Below, piece after piece: positions 20,536 through 30,651 of a stretch of 64,000 bases of DNA (position 1 is the stretch's first letter; each line of letters starts with the position of its first letter). Source of the stretch: Candidatus Saccharimonadota bacterium (GTDB lineage Bacteria; Patescibacteriota; Saccharimonadia; Saccharimonadales; Saccharimonadaceae); assembly GCA_016432585.1 (NCBI GenBank), contig CP066696.1:388113-452112 (forward strand). Direction: 5' to 3'. The translations under genes were made by a program, and so were the position numbers. The notes under the pieces were generated by a model that did not search any database, was not told where the DNA came from, and saw only the letters and a program-made list of their open reading frames with translations.

Positions 20536-21377
20536 TGTCGCTGAAGATTGCGTCGTGGAACGTTGAAAGCAGATTGCGCGGCTACGTTAAGGCGGGTCGT
20601 GGATCAGCGGCTGGAATTGTTGCATCGATCGCAAAACTCGACGCAGATATCATTGTTCTTCCCGAGGCATATCTTACAACTACCGCCGACACTGTTGACT
20701 CGCAGTTACGAGCTATGGGGTACGAGATGCACGATATCGCCTATGGAAGTGACGATCGTGATTGGTCGCAGGAATACATGGGCGAGATGCCGTATTTACG
20801 CGTTCTTAGCCGCGTTCCTATTTCAAATGTTCAAAAAAGCACATGGGCGAACGCGCGTAATCTTTTAACATTTACCGCTAAAGACCCAGCTACAAATAAA
20901 ACAGCTTTATTTTTGGCAACTCATCTCGATGATCGCAGCGAAGCCCTTCGCAACCAACAGATTGATGACATAGTGCCGTATATTAAAAAAGCAAAGCTGC
21001 CGACAGTAATGTTGGGCGATTTTAACGCGATGTGGGCGACGCCTCGCGCCAAAGTGCTGGGGTCGCGGGCTGTGCGATTTATCGCTCGTAGTGTGCCTCA
21101 TGCGCGAATTCGGGACATAGCAACGCGGCTTACGGATATGGCCACTGGAAGTATCTTGAAACGCCTAGAGACAGAGGTGGGGCTACGAGATGTCGATAGT
21201 AAAAAGCGGCCTACAACAACGCCAAAAATGCGCGAAATACCTTTTATGCCAAGTATTCGGTTGGTGCAAATTGACCATATCCTTGTTTCGCCAACGATCG
21301 AAGTTAAAGATCACACGATTTATCCCGATGGAGGCTCTGATCATAGAGCCATATCAGCTGAAATAACGATAAAATAG
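20535..21377 (+). CDS. Endonuclease/exonuclease/phosphatase family protein
   Basis: SWNV, ADIIVLPE, THL, GDFN, IDHI, SDH. Confidence 0.9.
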   Translation: MSLKIASWNVESRLRGYVKAGRGSAAGIVASIAKLDADIIVLPEAYLTTTADTVDSQLRAMGYEMHDIAYGSDDRDWSQEYMGEMPYLRVLSRVPISNVQKSTWANARNLLTFTAKDPATNKTALFLATHLDDRSEALRNQQIDDIVPYIKKAKLPTVMLGDFNAMWATPRAKVLGSRAVRFIARSVPHARIRDIATRLTDMATGSILKRLETEVGLRDVDSKKRPTTTPKMREIPFMPSIRLVQIDHILVSPTIEVKDHTIYPDGGSDHRAISAEITIK

Positions 21378-21411
21378 TACGATATAACAGGGGTAATGCA
21401 TGATCGAACGC

Positions 21412-21440
21412 TTGCATTTTTATCCCTCTTGTGCTACAGT
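21412..21440 (+). promoter_or_regulatory. Sigma70-type promoter of the DEAD-box gene (about 130-nt leader)
   Basis: TTGCAT-17-TACAGT with extended TG. Confidence 0.6.
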
Positions 21441-21575
21441 AGATAACATTGCATTCGATGAATGTCGAGCCTCTTTCAAAGATGAGCGCCCTACGAAACT
21501 AGCGCCACCACCGAAATATCCTCTCGCTGTTCTCTAGCAACTGCTACTAACAATATAACGAAAGGGTTATTCTTT

Positions 21576-22814
21576 ATGGCATTTCAACAACGACGCACAG
21601 GGCGTCCTAATAGTTCAGGTCCCCGAGGCGGAAGCTTTGGCGGCGGTAATCGAAGCGGTGGCGGTGGCCGACGCGGCGGTGGTAACCGTGGTCCTTCTAA
21701 AAAGTACATCCACCCATCAAAATTTATTAACAAAGCTGTCGCAAAGGCAGACGAAGTTATTTACGAATCGAAGCACAAGTTTGCTGATTTTCCGTTTGGC
21801 GCTCAGCTGCACCACAACATTTCAAGCAAGGGTTATGTAACGCCTAGCGCTATCCAGGACCAAGCGATTCCTTCTATTATCGAAGGCCGCGACGTTATTG
21901 GGCTTGCAAACACTGGTACGGGTAAAACTGCCGCGTTCTTGCTGCCAATTATCGAACGCCAAAGTGGCATTACACTTCGCCCAAGCGTTCTTATTGTTGC
22001 GCCAACTCGCGAGCTTGCTCAGCAGATTGACGAGCAGTTCCGTGAATTTAGCAAAGGTCTTAACCTCTACTCAACACTTATCGTTGGTGGTGTTAATATC
22101 GAGCGCCAAATCCGTGATATTAAGCGCCGTCCGCACTTTATTATTGGTACGCCGGGTCGTCTAAAAGACCTTATGCAGCGCCGTGTGCTTAACCTAAGCA
22201 ACATGACAACGCTTGTTCTTGACGAAGCCGACCGTATGCTCGACATGGGCTTTTTGCCGGACATTCGTCAAATCGTGAACGAAATGCCAAAAGAGCGCCA
22301 AACGCTGTTCTTTAGCGCAACGATCACGCCAGAGATTTCTGCGCTTGTTAATACATTCCTTACCGATCCTGTGACTGTATCTGTTCGTACATCTGAAACG
22401 GCCGAACACGTTGAGCAGGATGTTATTGAAGCAAACGACAAAATGCACAAACTCGAAATTCTTACCGACATGCTAAAGAACAAAGAATACGAAAAAGTTC
22501 TTGTGTTTGGTGAGACAAAGTTTGGTGTTCAGCGCCTTAGCGACCACCTGGATAACAGTGGCATTCCATCTGCTGCGATTCATGGTAACAAAAACCAGTC
22601 GCAGCGTCAGCGCGCACTAAAGCAATTTAAAGACGAGCGCGTTCGCGTGCTTGTTGCAACCGACGTTGCAGCTCGTGGTCTTGATATTCCAAATGTGACA
22701 CATGTTATTAACTTCGATACGCCGCAAACGTACGAAGACTACATCCACCGTATCGGCCGTACTGGTCGTGGTGGGGCATCTGGCCGTGCACACACATTCA
22801 TCGACCGTCGCTAA
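21576..22814 (+). CDS. DEAD-box RNA helicase
   Basis: Q motif, TGTGKT, PTRELA, DEAD, SAT, ARGLD, HRIGRTGR; Gly/Arg-rich N-terminal tail. Confidence 0.96.
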   Translation: MAFQQRRTGRPNSSGPRGGSFGGGNRSGGGGRRGGGNRGPSKKYIHPSKFINKAVAKADEVIYESKHKFADFPFGAQLHHNISSKGYVTPSAIQDQAIPSIIEGRDVIGLANTGTGKTAAFLLPIIERQSGITLRPSVLIVAPTRELAQQIDEQFREFSKGLNLYSTLIVGGVNIERQIRDIKRRPHFIIGTPGRLKDLMQRRVLNLSNMTTLVLDEADRMLDMGFLPDIRQIVNEMPKERQTLFFSATITPEISALVNTFLTDPVTVSVRTSETAEHVEQDVIEANDKMHKLEILTDMLKNKEYEKVLVFGETKFGVQRLSDHLDNSGIPSAAIHGNKNQSQRQRALKQFKDERVRVLVATDVAARGLDIPNVTHVINFDTPQTYEDYIHRIGRTGRGGASGRAHTFIDRR

Positions 22815-22822
22815 TACGACGT

Positions 22823-22864
22823 AAAATAAAATAGCACCGGTTTACGCCGGTGTTATTTTATTTT
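22823..22864. terminator. Bidirectional terminator
   Basis: AAAATAAAATAGCACCGG-TTTACG-CCGGTGTTATTTTATTTT. Confidence 0.85.
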
Positions 22865-23246
22865 CGATAAGTTCTTTTATGTACGGATCGAGATTCAGTT
22901 GCATGGCGTCTTCGAGCGATAGCCACTTGGCGTCTGTGTGTTCGTCGCTAAGTATTGCTTCGCCGTCGCCGTCGACTAGGTACGTAAGCCGCACGACGTG
23001 TAGTTTGGTGCCGGCAAAAATGTCCTGTGCGGCAATAAGTGTGGGTGCGGCAGTGAGAACAATGCCTGTTTCCTCAAGGATTTCGCGCGTCAGTGCGCTC
23101 ATAAGATCCTCTTCTGGCTCTATTCGGCCGCCAGGAATATCCCAAATAGAGGTTTCGTGGCCATCGATAACTTTTGATCGATGAAGGAATAGATAGTTAT
23201 TCTGACTATTTTCGATAAGCGCTTTAACGCCGACTTGTAAGTTCAT
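22842..23246 (-). CDS. NUDIX hydrolase
   Basis: WDIPGGRIEPEEDLMSALTREILEETG Nudix box. Confidence 0.92.
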   Translation of the reverse strand: MNLQVGVKALIENSQNNYLFLHRSKVIDGHETSIWDIPGGRIEPEEDLMSALTREILEETGIVLTAAPTLIAAQDIFAGTKLHVVRLTYLVDGDGEAILSDEHTDAKWLSLEDAMQLNLDPYIKELIENKITPA

Positions 23247-23303
23247 AATTCTAGCGTATCATACATGTCGCTTCGGCGCATTTTTAGTGTAAAATAGGAG
23301 CAT

Positions 23304-24062
23304 ATGAAAGCAATGGTAGTAGTAGAAAATCTGAAAAAGCGCTACGGCGACAAGCAGGCGGTAAACGGTGTTAGTTTTGAAGTTAAAAAAGGCGAGATAT
23401 TCGGCATTTTAGGTCCGAACGGCGCCGGTAAAACGACCACACTCGAGATGATGGAGACGCTTCGTCCTATCGATGATGGCCGTGTCATAATCGATGGTAT
23501 TGATGTTACCCAAAACCCAGATAAGGTAAAGCGCCTTATTGGCGTGCAGCCACAATCGCCAGCATTCCAAGATAAAACTAAATTGGTAGAAGTTGTAGAA
23601 ATGTTTGCCGCGGCATACGGCGAGCGTGTTGACCCTATGGAATTTTTGCGCGATGTTGATTTGGTTGAAAAGGCGAATAACTATGTTGAGGATCTTTCAG
23701 GTGGACAAAAGCAGCGCCTCAGTATTACGACGGCGCTTGTGCACGGTCCGAAAGTATTCTTTTTAGACGAGCCAACAACGGGGCTTGATCCGCAAGCTAG
23801 GCGTCACTTGTGGGACTTGATTAAACAGGTCCGTGACAAAGGTATTAGCGTGATTATGACCACGCACTACATGGACGAGGCAGAGATTCTATGTGACCGG
23901 ATCGCTGTTATGGACAACGGCGAAATCGTGGCGATTGATACACCAAAGAATCTTATTAAACAATTGCTCGACCGTGGATTTAAGAAAAAACAGTTCGTCG
24001 AACAAGCGAACTTAGAGGATGTATTTATCGATTTGACCGGAAAAGGGCTGAGGGAGGCGTAA
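23304..24062 (+). CDS. ABC transporter ATP-binding protein (exporter type)
   Basis: GPNGAGKT, LSGGQ, FLDEPTTGLD, H-loop. Confidence 0.95.
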   Translation: MKAMVVVENLKKRYGDKQAVNGVSFEVKKGEIFGILGPNGAGKTTTLEMMETLRPIDDGRVIIDGIDVTQNPDKVKRLIGVQPQSPAFQDKTKLVEVVEMFAAAYGERVDPMEFLRDVDLVEKANNYVEDLSGGQKQRLSITTALVHGPKVFFLDEPTTGLDPQARRHLWDLIKQVRDKGISVIMTTHYMDEAEILCDRIAVMDNGEIVAIDTPKNLIKQLLDRGFKKKQFVEQANLEDVFIDLTGKGLREA

Positions 24063-24063
24063 C

Positions 24064-25173
24064 ATGAACAAATCACTATATACTGTTGCGATATTCGTAA
24101 AAATCAATACGAAGCGATTTTTCCGCGATAAATTGGCGCTGTTCTTTACTGTTGGATTTCCGTTGATCTTTCTTTTTGTGTTCGGCAGCCTAAATAGCGG
24201 CAGCGGGGATATGTCGTTTAACGTTGCGCTTATCAACGAATCGAATAGTACGTTTGCCACAAACTTCGTAAAGCAAGCCGAGGAAAGCAAGGTTCTTAAA
24301 ATCGATAAAGATGTCACCAGCCTAGAGGGTGCACGCGAAAAAATGAGCCGTTCTGAACTAGATGCGGCAATCGTACTGCCAAAGGACTTCGGTGCGATAA
24401 AAGATGGCGCCCAAACTCCTGCGGGCCAGGCAAAGGTTGTGTATACGCAGAACAATGAGCAATCTGGACAAGCGCTCGGGAGTATTCTTGACGCACAGTT
24501 CAAGGCGATCAACTCATCGCTGATTAAAACAGAAACGCCATTTAGCGTAACAACCGAACAGCTAAACGAGCGAAGTCTTTCGGCATTTGATTATACATTT
24601 GCCGGCCTCTTGGGTTTTGCGATTATCGGTATGGGAATTTTTGGGCCAGTAAACGTATTTCCTGAACTAAAGAAAATGGGAATTTTGCGTCGTCTTAGTA
24701 CAACGCCTCTTAAAGTGTGGCAATATTTCTTAGCGACAATGATCGGTCAGGCGGCGATTGGGTTGATTTCGCTGGCTGTTATGTTTGCAGTGGCAATCGG
24801 CGTATTCAAGTTGCAGGTTGTCGGTAATTACTTTGAGCTTGCTATATTCTTGGTGCTTGGTATTACGACAATCCTGGGTATTGGATTGGCACTTGGCGGT
24901 TGGGCACGCAATGAACGCCAGGCGGCGCCGCTCTCTAACATCATAGTGTTTCCTATGATGTTCCTTTCCGGGACGTTCTTCCCTCGGTTCCTTATGCCAG
25001 ATTGGCTACAGAATATTTCGGCATTTTTGCCGCTGACTCCGATTATCGACGGAATCCGTCTTATTGCGACAGAAGGTAAGCATTTTATCGATATTCTACC
25101 GCAGCTTGGCATGGTTGGCGCGTGGATGATTATCATTTACTTTATCGCCTTTAGGGTATTCCGCTGGGAATAA
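24064..25173 (+). CDS. ABC-2 type permease
   Basis: Multi-TM with large extracellular loop; FLSGTFFP...LPLT. Confidence 0.92.
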   Translation: MNKSLYTVAIFVKINTKRFFRDKLALFFTVGFPLIFLFVFGSLNSGSGDMSFNVALINESNSTFATNFVKQAEESKVLKIDKDVTSLEGAREKMSRSELDAAIVLPKDFGAIKDGAQTPAGQAKVVYTQNNEQSGQALGSILDAQFKAINSSLIKTETPFSVTTEQLNERSLSAFDYTFAGLLGFAIIGMGIFGPVNVFPELKKMGILRRLSTTPLKVWQYFLATMIGQAAIGLISLAVMFAVAIGVFKLQVVGNYFELAIFLVLGITTILGIGLALGGWARNERQAAPLSNIIVFPMMFLSGTFFPRFLMPDWLQNISAFLPLTPIIDGIRLIATEGKHFIDILPQLGMVGAWMIIIYFIAFRVFRWE

Positions 25174-25180
25174 TCGCTTA

Positions 25181-25214
25181 ATACAAACACCCGCAGCAAT
25201 GGGGGTGTTTGTAT
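25181..25214 (+). terminator. Intrinsic terminator
   Basis: ATACAAACACCC...GGGTGTTTGTAT. Confidence 0.7.
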
Positions 25215-25265
25215 ATTATGCGTAAGAACGGTGTAATTTATGTTTTCATCGGTTATAATAGACAT

Positions 25266-25556
25266 ATGACGCAAATTTCTCGTGACGATGTGCAGCATCT
25301 TGCACAGCTAAGTAGTTTGCAGCTCGGCGATGATCAGATCGACGGCCTGCAAAAAGATATAGATGCTATTTTAGGCTATATTGAGCAGCTTGGTGAGCTG
25401 GATACTGCTGGTATCGAGCCGACATACCAGGTAACAGCACTTGAAAACGTATGGCGAGACGATGTCGTGATCGACGATCAAGTAAATCGCGAGCAATTGC
25501 TTGATTTATCAACCGAGTCGACAAATCACCAAGTTAAAGTGCCGAAAGTGCTATAA
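25266..25556 (+). CDS. gatC: Asp/Glu-tRNA amidotransferase subunit C
   Basis: VQHLAQLSSL, ILGYIEQL, R.D, KVPKVL; precedes gatA. Confidence 0.93.
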   Translation: MTQISRDDVQHLAQLSSLQLGDDQIDGLQKDIDAILGYIEQLGELDTAGIEPTYQVTALENVWRDDVVIDDQVNREQLLDLSTESTNHQVKVPKVL

Positions 25557-25557
25557 A

Positions 25558-26961
25558 ATGAGCCATATTCAGACAATTACAACTCAGATAAAAAACAAAG
25601 AAACGACAGCGCGCCGCCAGGTTGAGGCTGCACTTGAACGAGCTAGTGCCGCCGAGGAATATCACGCGCTTTTGAGTCTTACGGCAGAGCGTGCATTGCA
25701 GCGTGCCGACGACATAGATGCGCGCGTTGCTGCGGGCGACGACGTTGGCGTTCTTGCTGGCGTGCCATTTGTCGTAAAAGACAACTTTTTAGCGTTTGGT
25801 GCGCCGACTACAGCAGCGAGTAAAATGCTCGAATCGTTCGACGCACCCTTGCAGGCAACGGCTGTCGAAAAATTAGAGGAAGCCGGTGCAATTTGTATCG
25901 GTAAGTCTAACCTTGATGCGTTTGCTCACGGCGGTAGTACTGAGAACTCGGCTTTTGGCGTTACTAAAAACGCAATTGATACGACCAAGGTTGCAGGTGG
26001 AAGCAGCGGCGGATCTGCTGTTGTAACGGCGCTTGATGTCGTTCCTTTTGCCTTGGGTTCGGACACGGGTGGATCTATCCGTCAGCCGGCTAGCTTTAAC
26101 GGTGTCGTGGGTGTAAAGCCTACCTACGGTACGGTGAGCCGTTACGGGGTTGTGGCTATGGCGAGCAGCACCGATACGATCGGCTGTTTTGCGCGTGATA
26201 TTAGCGACGCAGAACTGGTAATGCAGGTTATGAGCGGACGCGATGTGCGTGATATGACAACGCTTCCTGACTTTTTTCAGCCGATGGAAGATGCGAAGCC
26301 CGCCCAGAAGATCGGTCTTATCCAGGAATCTATGAGCGATGATGTTGACCCAGAGGTTCGTGCTCGCGTAAACGACTACGTTGAAAAACTTCGTGGTGCG
26401 GGCCATGTTGTCGAAGAGGTGTCTATGCCTGTTACTAAGTATGCTTTGGCAATGTACTATATTATTGTTCCCGCAGAGGTTAGCAGTAACCTTGCGCGAT
26501 ACGATGGCATCCGTTATGGCCATAGGGCCGCTGGAGTGAAGACTCTTGCTGAGCTATATGGTAAAACGCGCGATGAAGGGTTTATGACCGAAAACAAGCG
26601 TCGTATTATGATTGGAAGCTATGTGCTTTCAAGCGGATTTTTTGACGCGTACTATCTGCAGGCGCAAAAAGCTCGCACGATTCTGATTAATGAATATAAT
26701 AAGCTGTTCGAAACCTACGATGCGCTTATTTGCCCCGTAACTCCTACACCTGCCTTTGGTATTGGCGAAAACGCGGACGATCCTGTGCAGATGTATCTTG
26801 CTGATATCATGACCGTGCCAGCTAGTCTTGCGGGATTGCCAGCAATGAGTGTTCCTGCGGGCACTACCGAGGCGGGGCTTCCGGTTGGCGTGCAGTTAAT
26901 TGGCAACCACCGTAGCGATGCGGCGCTATTTGCGCTTGCGCGTTCGCTGGAGGGTAAATAG
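25558..26961 (+). CDS. gatA: Asp/Glu-tRNA amidotransferase subunit A
   Basis: Amidase signature GGSSGGS, GSDTGGSIRQPA, SSNLARYDG. Confidence 0.96.
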   Translation: MSHIQTITTQIKNKETTARRQVEAALERASAAEEYHALLSLTAERALQRADDIDARVAAGDDVGVLAGVPFVVKDNFLAFGAPTTAASKMLESFDAPLQATAVEKLEEAGAICIGKSNLDAFAHGGSTENSAFGVTKNAIDTTKVAGGSSGGSAVVTALDVVPFALGSDTGGSIRQPASFNGVVGVKPTYGTVSRYGVVAMASSTDTIGCFARDISDAELVMQVMSGRDVRDMTTLPDFFQPMEDAKPAQKIGLIQESMSDDVDPEVRARVNDYVEKLRGAGHVVEEVSMPVTKYALAMYYIIVPAEVSSNLARYDGIRYGHRAAGVKTLAELYGKTRDEGFMTENKRRIMIGSYVLSSGFFDAYYLQAQKARTILINEYNKLFETYDALICPVTPTPAFGIGENADDPVQMYLADIMTVPASLAGLPAMSVPAGTTEAGLPVGVQLIGNHRSDAALFALARSLEGK

Positions 26962-26962
26962 T

Positions 26963-27385
26963 ATGGATAGTACTGCGCTTTTTGCATTTATGGTAGGCGT
27001 GTTGGTGGTGGGTGTTATGCTTGCGGCTGTTATTATGTTTACGAAAAAAGGCCCGGGACCGCTCGATGTTGATAAGTACCGTTCGCGTTGGTTGGCGATC
27101 GAAACTCAATTAAAGCGCGACGAAGTCTCATCGTATCACTTGTGCGTTATGAATGCCGACAAGTTGCTCGACCAAGCACTTCGTGACCGCGCCATAAAAG
27201 GCGACACCATGGGTGCGCGTATGAAAACCGCAAAAGATACCTGGAGCAATGCCAATGCAGTCTGGACAGCGCACAAGCTACGCAATCAAATTGCACACGA
27301 GTCGGATGTTCGCGTTGACTACGACGAAGCGCGCCGTGCACTTTCTGCGTTCAAACAGGCTTTGAAAGATATAGGAGCAATCTAA
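26963..27385 (+). CDS. Membrane-anchored protein with HEPN-like Rx4H motif
   Basis: N-terminal TM helix; C-terminal AHKLRNQIAHE; translationally coupled to gatA and gatB. Confidence 0.8.
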   Translation: MDSTALFAFMVGVLVVGVMLAAVIMFTKKGPGPLDVDKYRSRWLAIETQLKRDEVSSYHLCVMNADKLLDQALRDRAIKGDTMGARMKTAKDTWSNANAVWTAHKLRNQIAHESDVRVDYDEARRALSAFKQALKDIGAI

Positions 27386-28842
27386 TGGCTACTGAAGAAA
27401 TGCTAAAAAAATACGATATGACAATCGGTATAGAATGTCATGTACAGCTTGCAACCGACACGAAACTATTTAGCGGTGCCGATAACGACGCCCGCGACAA
27501 ATCGCCAAACAGTGTCGTGAGCCCGATTGACTATGGCTTGCCTGGCATGCTGCCGGTTCTTAACCGCAAGGCGGTTGATTTGGCTATTAAAGCCGGTAAA
27601 GCGTTGAATGCCAAGATTGCCAATGTTAGCCGTTTTGACCGCAAGCACTATTTTTATCCTGATCTTCCAAAGGGATACCAGACAACACAGATGTATCACC
27701 CGATTATCCTTGCCGGGTTTATCGATGCGCCACTAGAAGATGGTAGTACGACGCGTGTTCGTATTCACCATGCGCACATGGAAGAAGATGCAGGAAAGCT
27801 GACACACTATGGCGACTACAGTTTAGTCGACCTTAACCGAGCCGGAACGCCGCTTATCGAGATCGTGTCTGAGCCCGATATTCACTCGCCACAAGAGGCA
27901 AAGGCCTACGCAGCTGAGCTTCATCGATTGATGACGTATGCTGGTGTAACACGTGGTGATTTATACCATGGAAACATGCGTTTTGACGTTAACATTTCTA
28001 TTGCGCCAAAAGGTGCCTCCGAGCTTGGCAAACGGGCCGAGGTAAAAAACCTCAACTCGTTTAGGAGTGTCGAGAAAGCAGCCGAGTACGAATTTCATCG
28101 TCAGGTTGAGTTGGTTGAAAAGGGCGAGCGTGTTGTTCAGGAGACTCGTGGATGGGATGATGCAAAGCAGACGACAAGCAGCCAGCGCTCAAAAGAGGAC
28201 GCTCAGGATTACCGTTATATGCCAGACGCCGATATTCCACCAATTGTTCTAAGTAACGAAGAAATTGCCGAAATTCAGGCAACCGTTCCAATGCTTCCGC
28301 CGGAATACCGCGATAAATGGTCAACGCTTGAATTAGACCGCTCTGTTGTTGATTCACTGCTTTCGACCCGCGAATACGCCAGTGTTGTTACGTACATTCA
28401 AGAAAAATCTGGCAATAGCGTAGCGAAGCGTGTTGCGCACTGGTTTGCAAGCGCTCTTGGCGGTCGCAGCGATGAAGAAACGGGCATTGGTGAAGTTGTT
28501 GGCGACATTTCGCCCGAGGGCTTTATTGAACTTGCAAAAATGGTAGAAGCCAATGAGCTCAGCAGCACAGCCGCTAAAGAGATATTTATCGAACTGCTTG
28601 CAAGCGACAAATCACCTCGCGAAATTGCCGAGGCGAAGAACCTACTGCAGGTAAGTGACGAGTCTGCAATTGCAGCGATTGTCGACGAAGTGCTGGCCGA
28701 TCCAGCAAGCGCGCAGTCTATTGCGGATATCCGCGAAGGAAAAGACAAGGCGATCGGCTACCTTGTTGGTCAAATTATGAAAAAATCCCAGGGCAAGGCA
28801 AACCCTGCTCTGGCGCAAAAACTAATACGCGAGCGGCTATAG
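27385..28842 (+). CDS. gatB: Asp/Glu-tRNA amidotransferase subunit B
   Basis: IGIECHVQL, RKHYFYPDLPKGYQ, NRAGTPLIEIVSEP, EVKNLNS, DYRY. Confidence 0.97.
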   Translation: MATEEMLKKYDMTIGIECHVQLATDTKLFSGADNDARDKSPNSVVSPIDYGLPGMLPVLNRKAVDLAIKAGKALNAKIANVSRFDRKHYFYPDLPKGYQTTQMYHPIILAGFIDAPLEDGSTTRVRIHHAHMEEDAGKLTHYGDYSLVDLNRAGTPLIEIVSEPDIHSPQEAKAYAAELHRLMTYAGVTRGDLYHGNMRFDVNISIAPKGASELGKRAEVKNLNSFRSVEKAAEYEFHRQVELVEKGERVVQETRGWDDAKQTTSSQRSKEDAQDYRYMPDADIPPIVLSNEEIAEIQATVPMLPPEYRDKWSTLELDRSVVDSLLSTREYASVVTYIQEKSGNSVAKRVAHWFASALGGRSDEETGIGEVVGDISPEGFIELAKMVEANELSSTAAKEIFIELLASDKSPREIAEAKNLLQVSDESAIAAIVDEVLADPASAQSIADIREGKDKAIGYLVGQIMKKSQGKANPALAQKLIRERL

Positions 28843-28904
28843 CTGCCCGCGTATTAGTTTCGATGATGCCGTACATTCTTAATATTGCATAAAGGAGGAA
28901 TAAG

Positions 28905-29801
28905 ATGAAACAACCAACAAAAGCGATTATTGCAGCAGCGGGCTTTGGCACGCGTTTTTTGCCACAAACAAAGGCAATGCCAAAAGAAATGATACCGCTT
29001 ATCGACAAGCCGATTATTCAGTATGTTGTTGAGGAGCTGGTTGAGGCTGGAATTAAGGATATTATTATCGTTGGAAGCAGCAACAAACGTGCGATTGAAG
29101 ATCACTTTGATGTTCCAAACCAGGATCTTTTAGCGAACTTGCGCGCGGGTGGTCCTAAAAAACAGCACTATATCGATGAGCTTGAGCGCCTATCGAACCT
29201 CGCGAACTTTATTTACGTACGTCAAAAAGGTCCATACGGCAATGCGACGCCGCTTATGAGCGCAGCACACCTTATTGGCAAAGACGAATCGTTTATTTAT
29301 ACATGGGCAGATGATTTTATCGTTGCGTCTCCAAGTCGCTTTCAGCAGATGATAAATGTCCATACGCAAAACAACGGCGGAGCTGTTCTGTCGTGTAAAA
29401 AGGTGGTTGTAGACAGTGAATACGACCGTTATGGAATCGCCGCGGGCGAAACCGTAGAAGATGGTCTTATTAAGATATCGAGTATCGTTGAGAAGCCTGG
29501 CAAAGAGAACGCGCCTTCGGATCTTGCGTCGGTCAGTAGTTATCTTTTGAATGGACAGTTCTTCGACTACTTGGAGCCAGCGTTTCAGGAATTTGATGGT
29601 ACTGGTGAATTTACATTCCAGCCAATTATGCAAAAAATGATTAACGAAGGTCATGAATATTTTGCGTACGAAGTACAAAATGGAAGTTATTACGACACTG
29701 GCGACAAGCTTGAATACCTAAAGACTGTGATTGATTTTGGGCTTGCGCACGAAGAGCTGGGCGCTGATCTTTTGGCTCATATTAAAACAAAGCTCAAATA
29801 A
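28905..29801 (+). CDS. galU: UTP-glucose-1-phosphate uridylyltransferase
   Basis: AAGFGTRFLPQTKAMPKEM, VEKP, YDTG. Confidence 0.9.
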   Translation: MKQPTKAIIAAAGFGTRFLPQTKAMPKEMIPLIDKPIIQYVVEELVEAGIKDIIIVGSSNKRAIEDHFDVPNQDLLANLRAGGPKKQHYIDELERLSNLANFIYVRQKGPYGNATPLMSAAHLIGKDESFIYTWADDFIVASPSRFQQMINVHTQNNGGAVLSCKKVVVDSEYDRYGIAAGETVEDGLIKISSIVEKPGKENAPSDLASVSSYLLNGQFFDYLEPAFQEFDGTGEFTFQPIMQKMINEGHEYFAYEVQNGSYYDTGDKLEYLKTVIDFGLAHEELGADLLAHIKTKLK

Positions 29802-29880
29802 TTTTATAAGTGTGATTTTGCGCAATAGCACCAAGATCGGTACAATAGAAAGTACTAACATTCTAAATAGGAGGTAGTAT

Positions 29881-30123
29881 ATGGGTTGGATTGGATGGAT
29901 TATATTGGGTGGACTTGCGGGGCTTGTCGCTAATATGATCATGAAAGAAGAGGGTGGTCTATTTAAGAACATTATTCTTGGTGTTGTCGGTGGGCTTGTT
30001 GGTGGTGGAATTGTCGACATGCTCGGTGGAACCGGCGTCAATGGGTTCAATATTTACAGCTTTATCGTTGCAGTATTCGGCGCGATGTTGTTGATCTACC
30101 TTGGCCGACTTATTAAAAAATAG
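29881..30123 (+). CDS. GlsB/YeaQ/YmgE-family stress membrane protein
   Basis: WIILGGLAG...NIILGVVGGLVGG...SFIVAVFGA pattern; SD AGGAGG. Confidence 0.88.
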   Translation: MGWIGWIILGGLAGLVANMIMKEEGGLFKNIILGVVGGLVGGGIVDMLGGTGVNGFNIYSFIVAVFGAMLLIYLGRLIKK

Positions 30124-30153
30124 TCAGATTTTTCTGGCGGATAGGAGAACGAA

Positions 30154-30393
30154 GTGGACTGGGCACAAATTCTTGTTATATTACTGTCGATCTTTTTAGC
30201 AATCTTCCTTTTGCTTGCGATTGTGCTCACAGCGCTACTTATTAAAGTAACGCGGCAAATTAAATCCGTCACTAACTCGGCGCAGCGTACAGCGGAGCAT
30301 ATGGAATCGGCCGTTGCAGGACTTGGTAAAACGATTTCGCCGATGTTTGTTATGGGGATTATTAAAAAGTTTATGAAAAAAGATAAGAAATAG
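30154..30393 (+). CDS. Small membrane protein (YtxG/DUF948-like)
   Basis: Long TM then amphipathic helix; SD AGGAG; precedes YtxH-like gene. Confidence 0.65.
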   Translation: MDWAQILVILLSIFLAIFLLLAIVLTALLIKVTRQIKSVTNSAQRTAEHMESAVAGLGKTISPMFVMGIIKKFMKKDKK

Positions 30394-30402
30394 GAGAACC
30401 GT

Positions 30403-30648
30403 ATGTCTAAAGGTAAATTTGCACTCGGAGCAGTTATCGGAGCAGTGGCAGGAATTGTTGCGGGAGTACTCTCTGCTCCAAAGAGCGGTAAAGAAACTCG
30501 TGCAGATATCAAAGACCGCGCGGCGGAATTAAAGGAGCAAGCGGCTGCAAAGGCGGAAAAGGCTAAAGCTCGCGGCGAATCTGTCGTTGAGGAAGTTAAA
30601 GAAAAGGTAGAGCACTACAAAGAGCGCTCCGGCCTAGAAAAGAAGTAA
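30403..30648 (+). CDS. YtxH-domain protein
   Basis: FALGAVIGAVAG...APKSGKETR. Confidence 0.9.
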   Translation: MSKGKFALGAVIGAVAGIVAGVLSAPKSGKETRADIKDRAAELKEQAAAKAEKAKARGESVVEEVKEKVEHYKERSGLEKK

Positions 30649-30651
30649 CCT

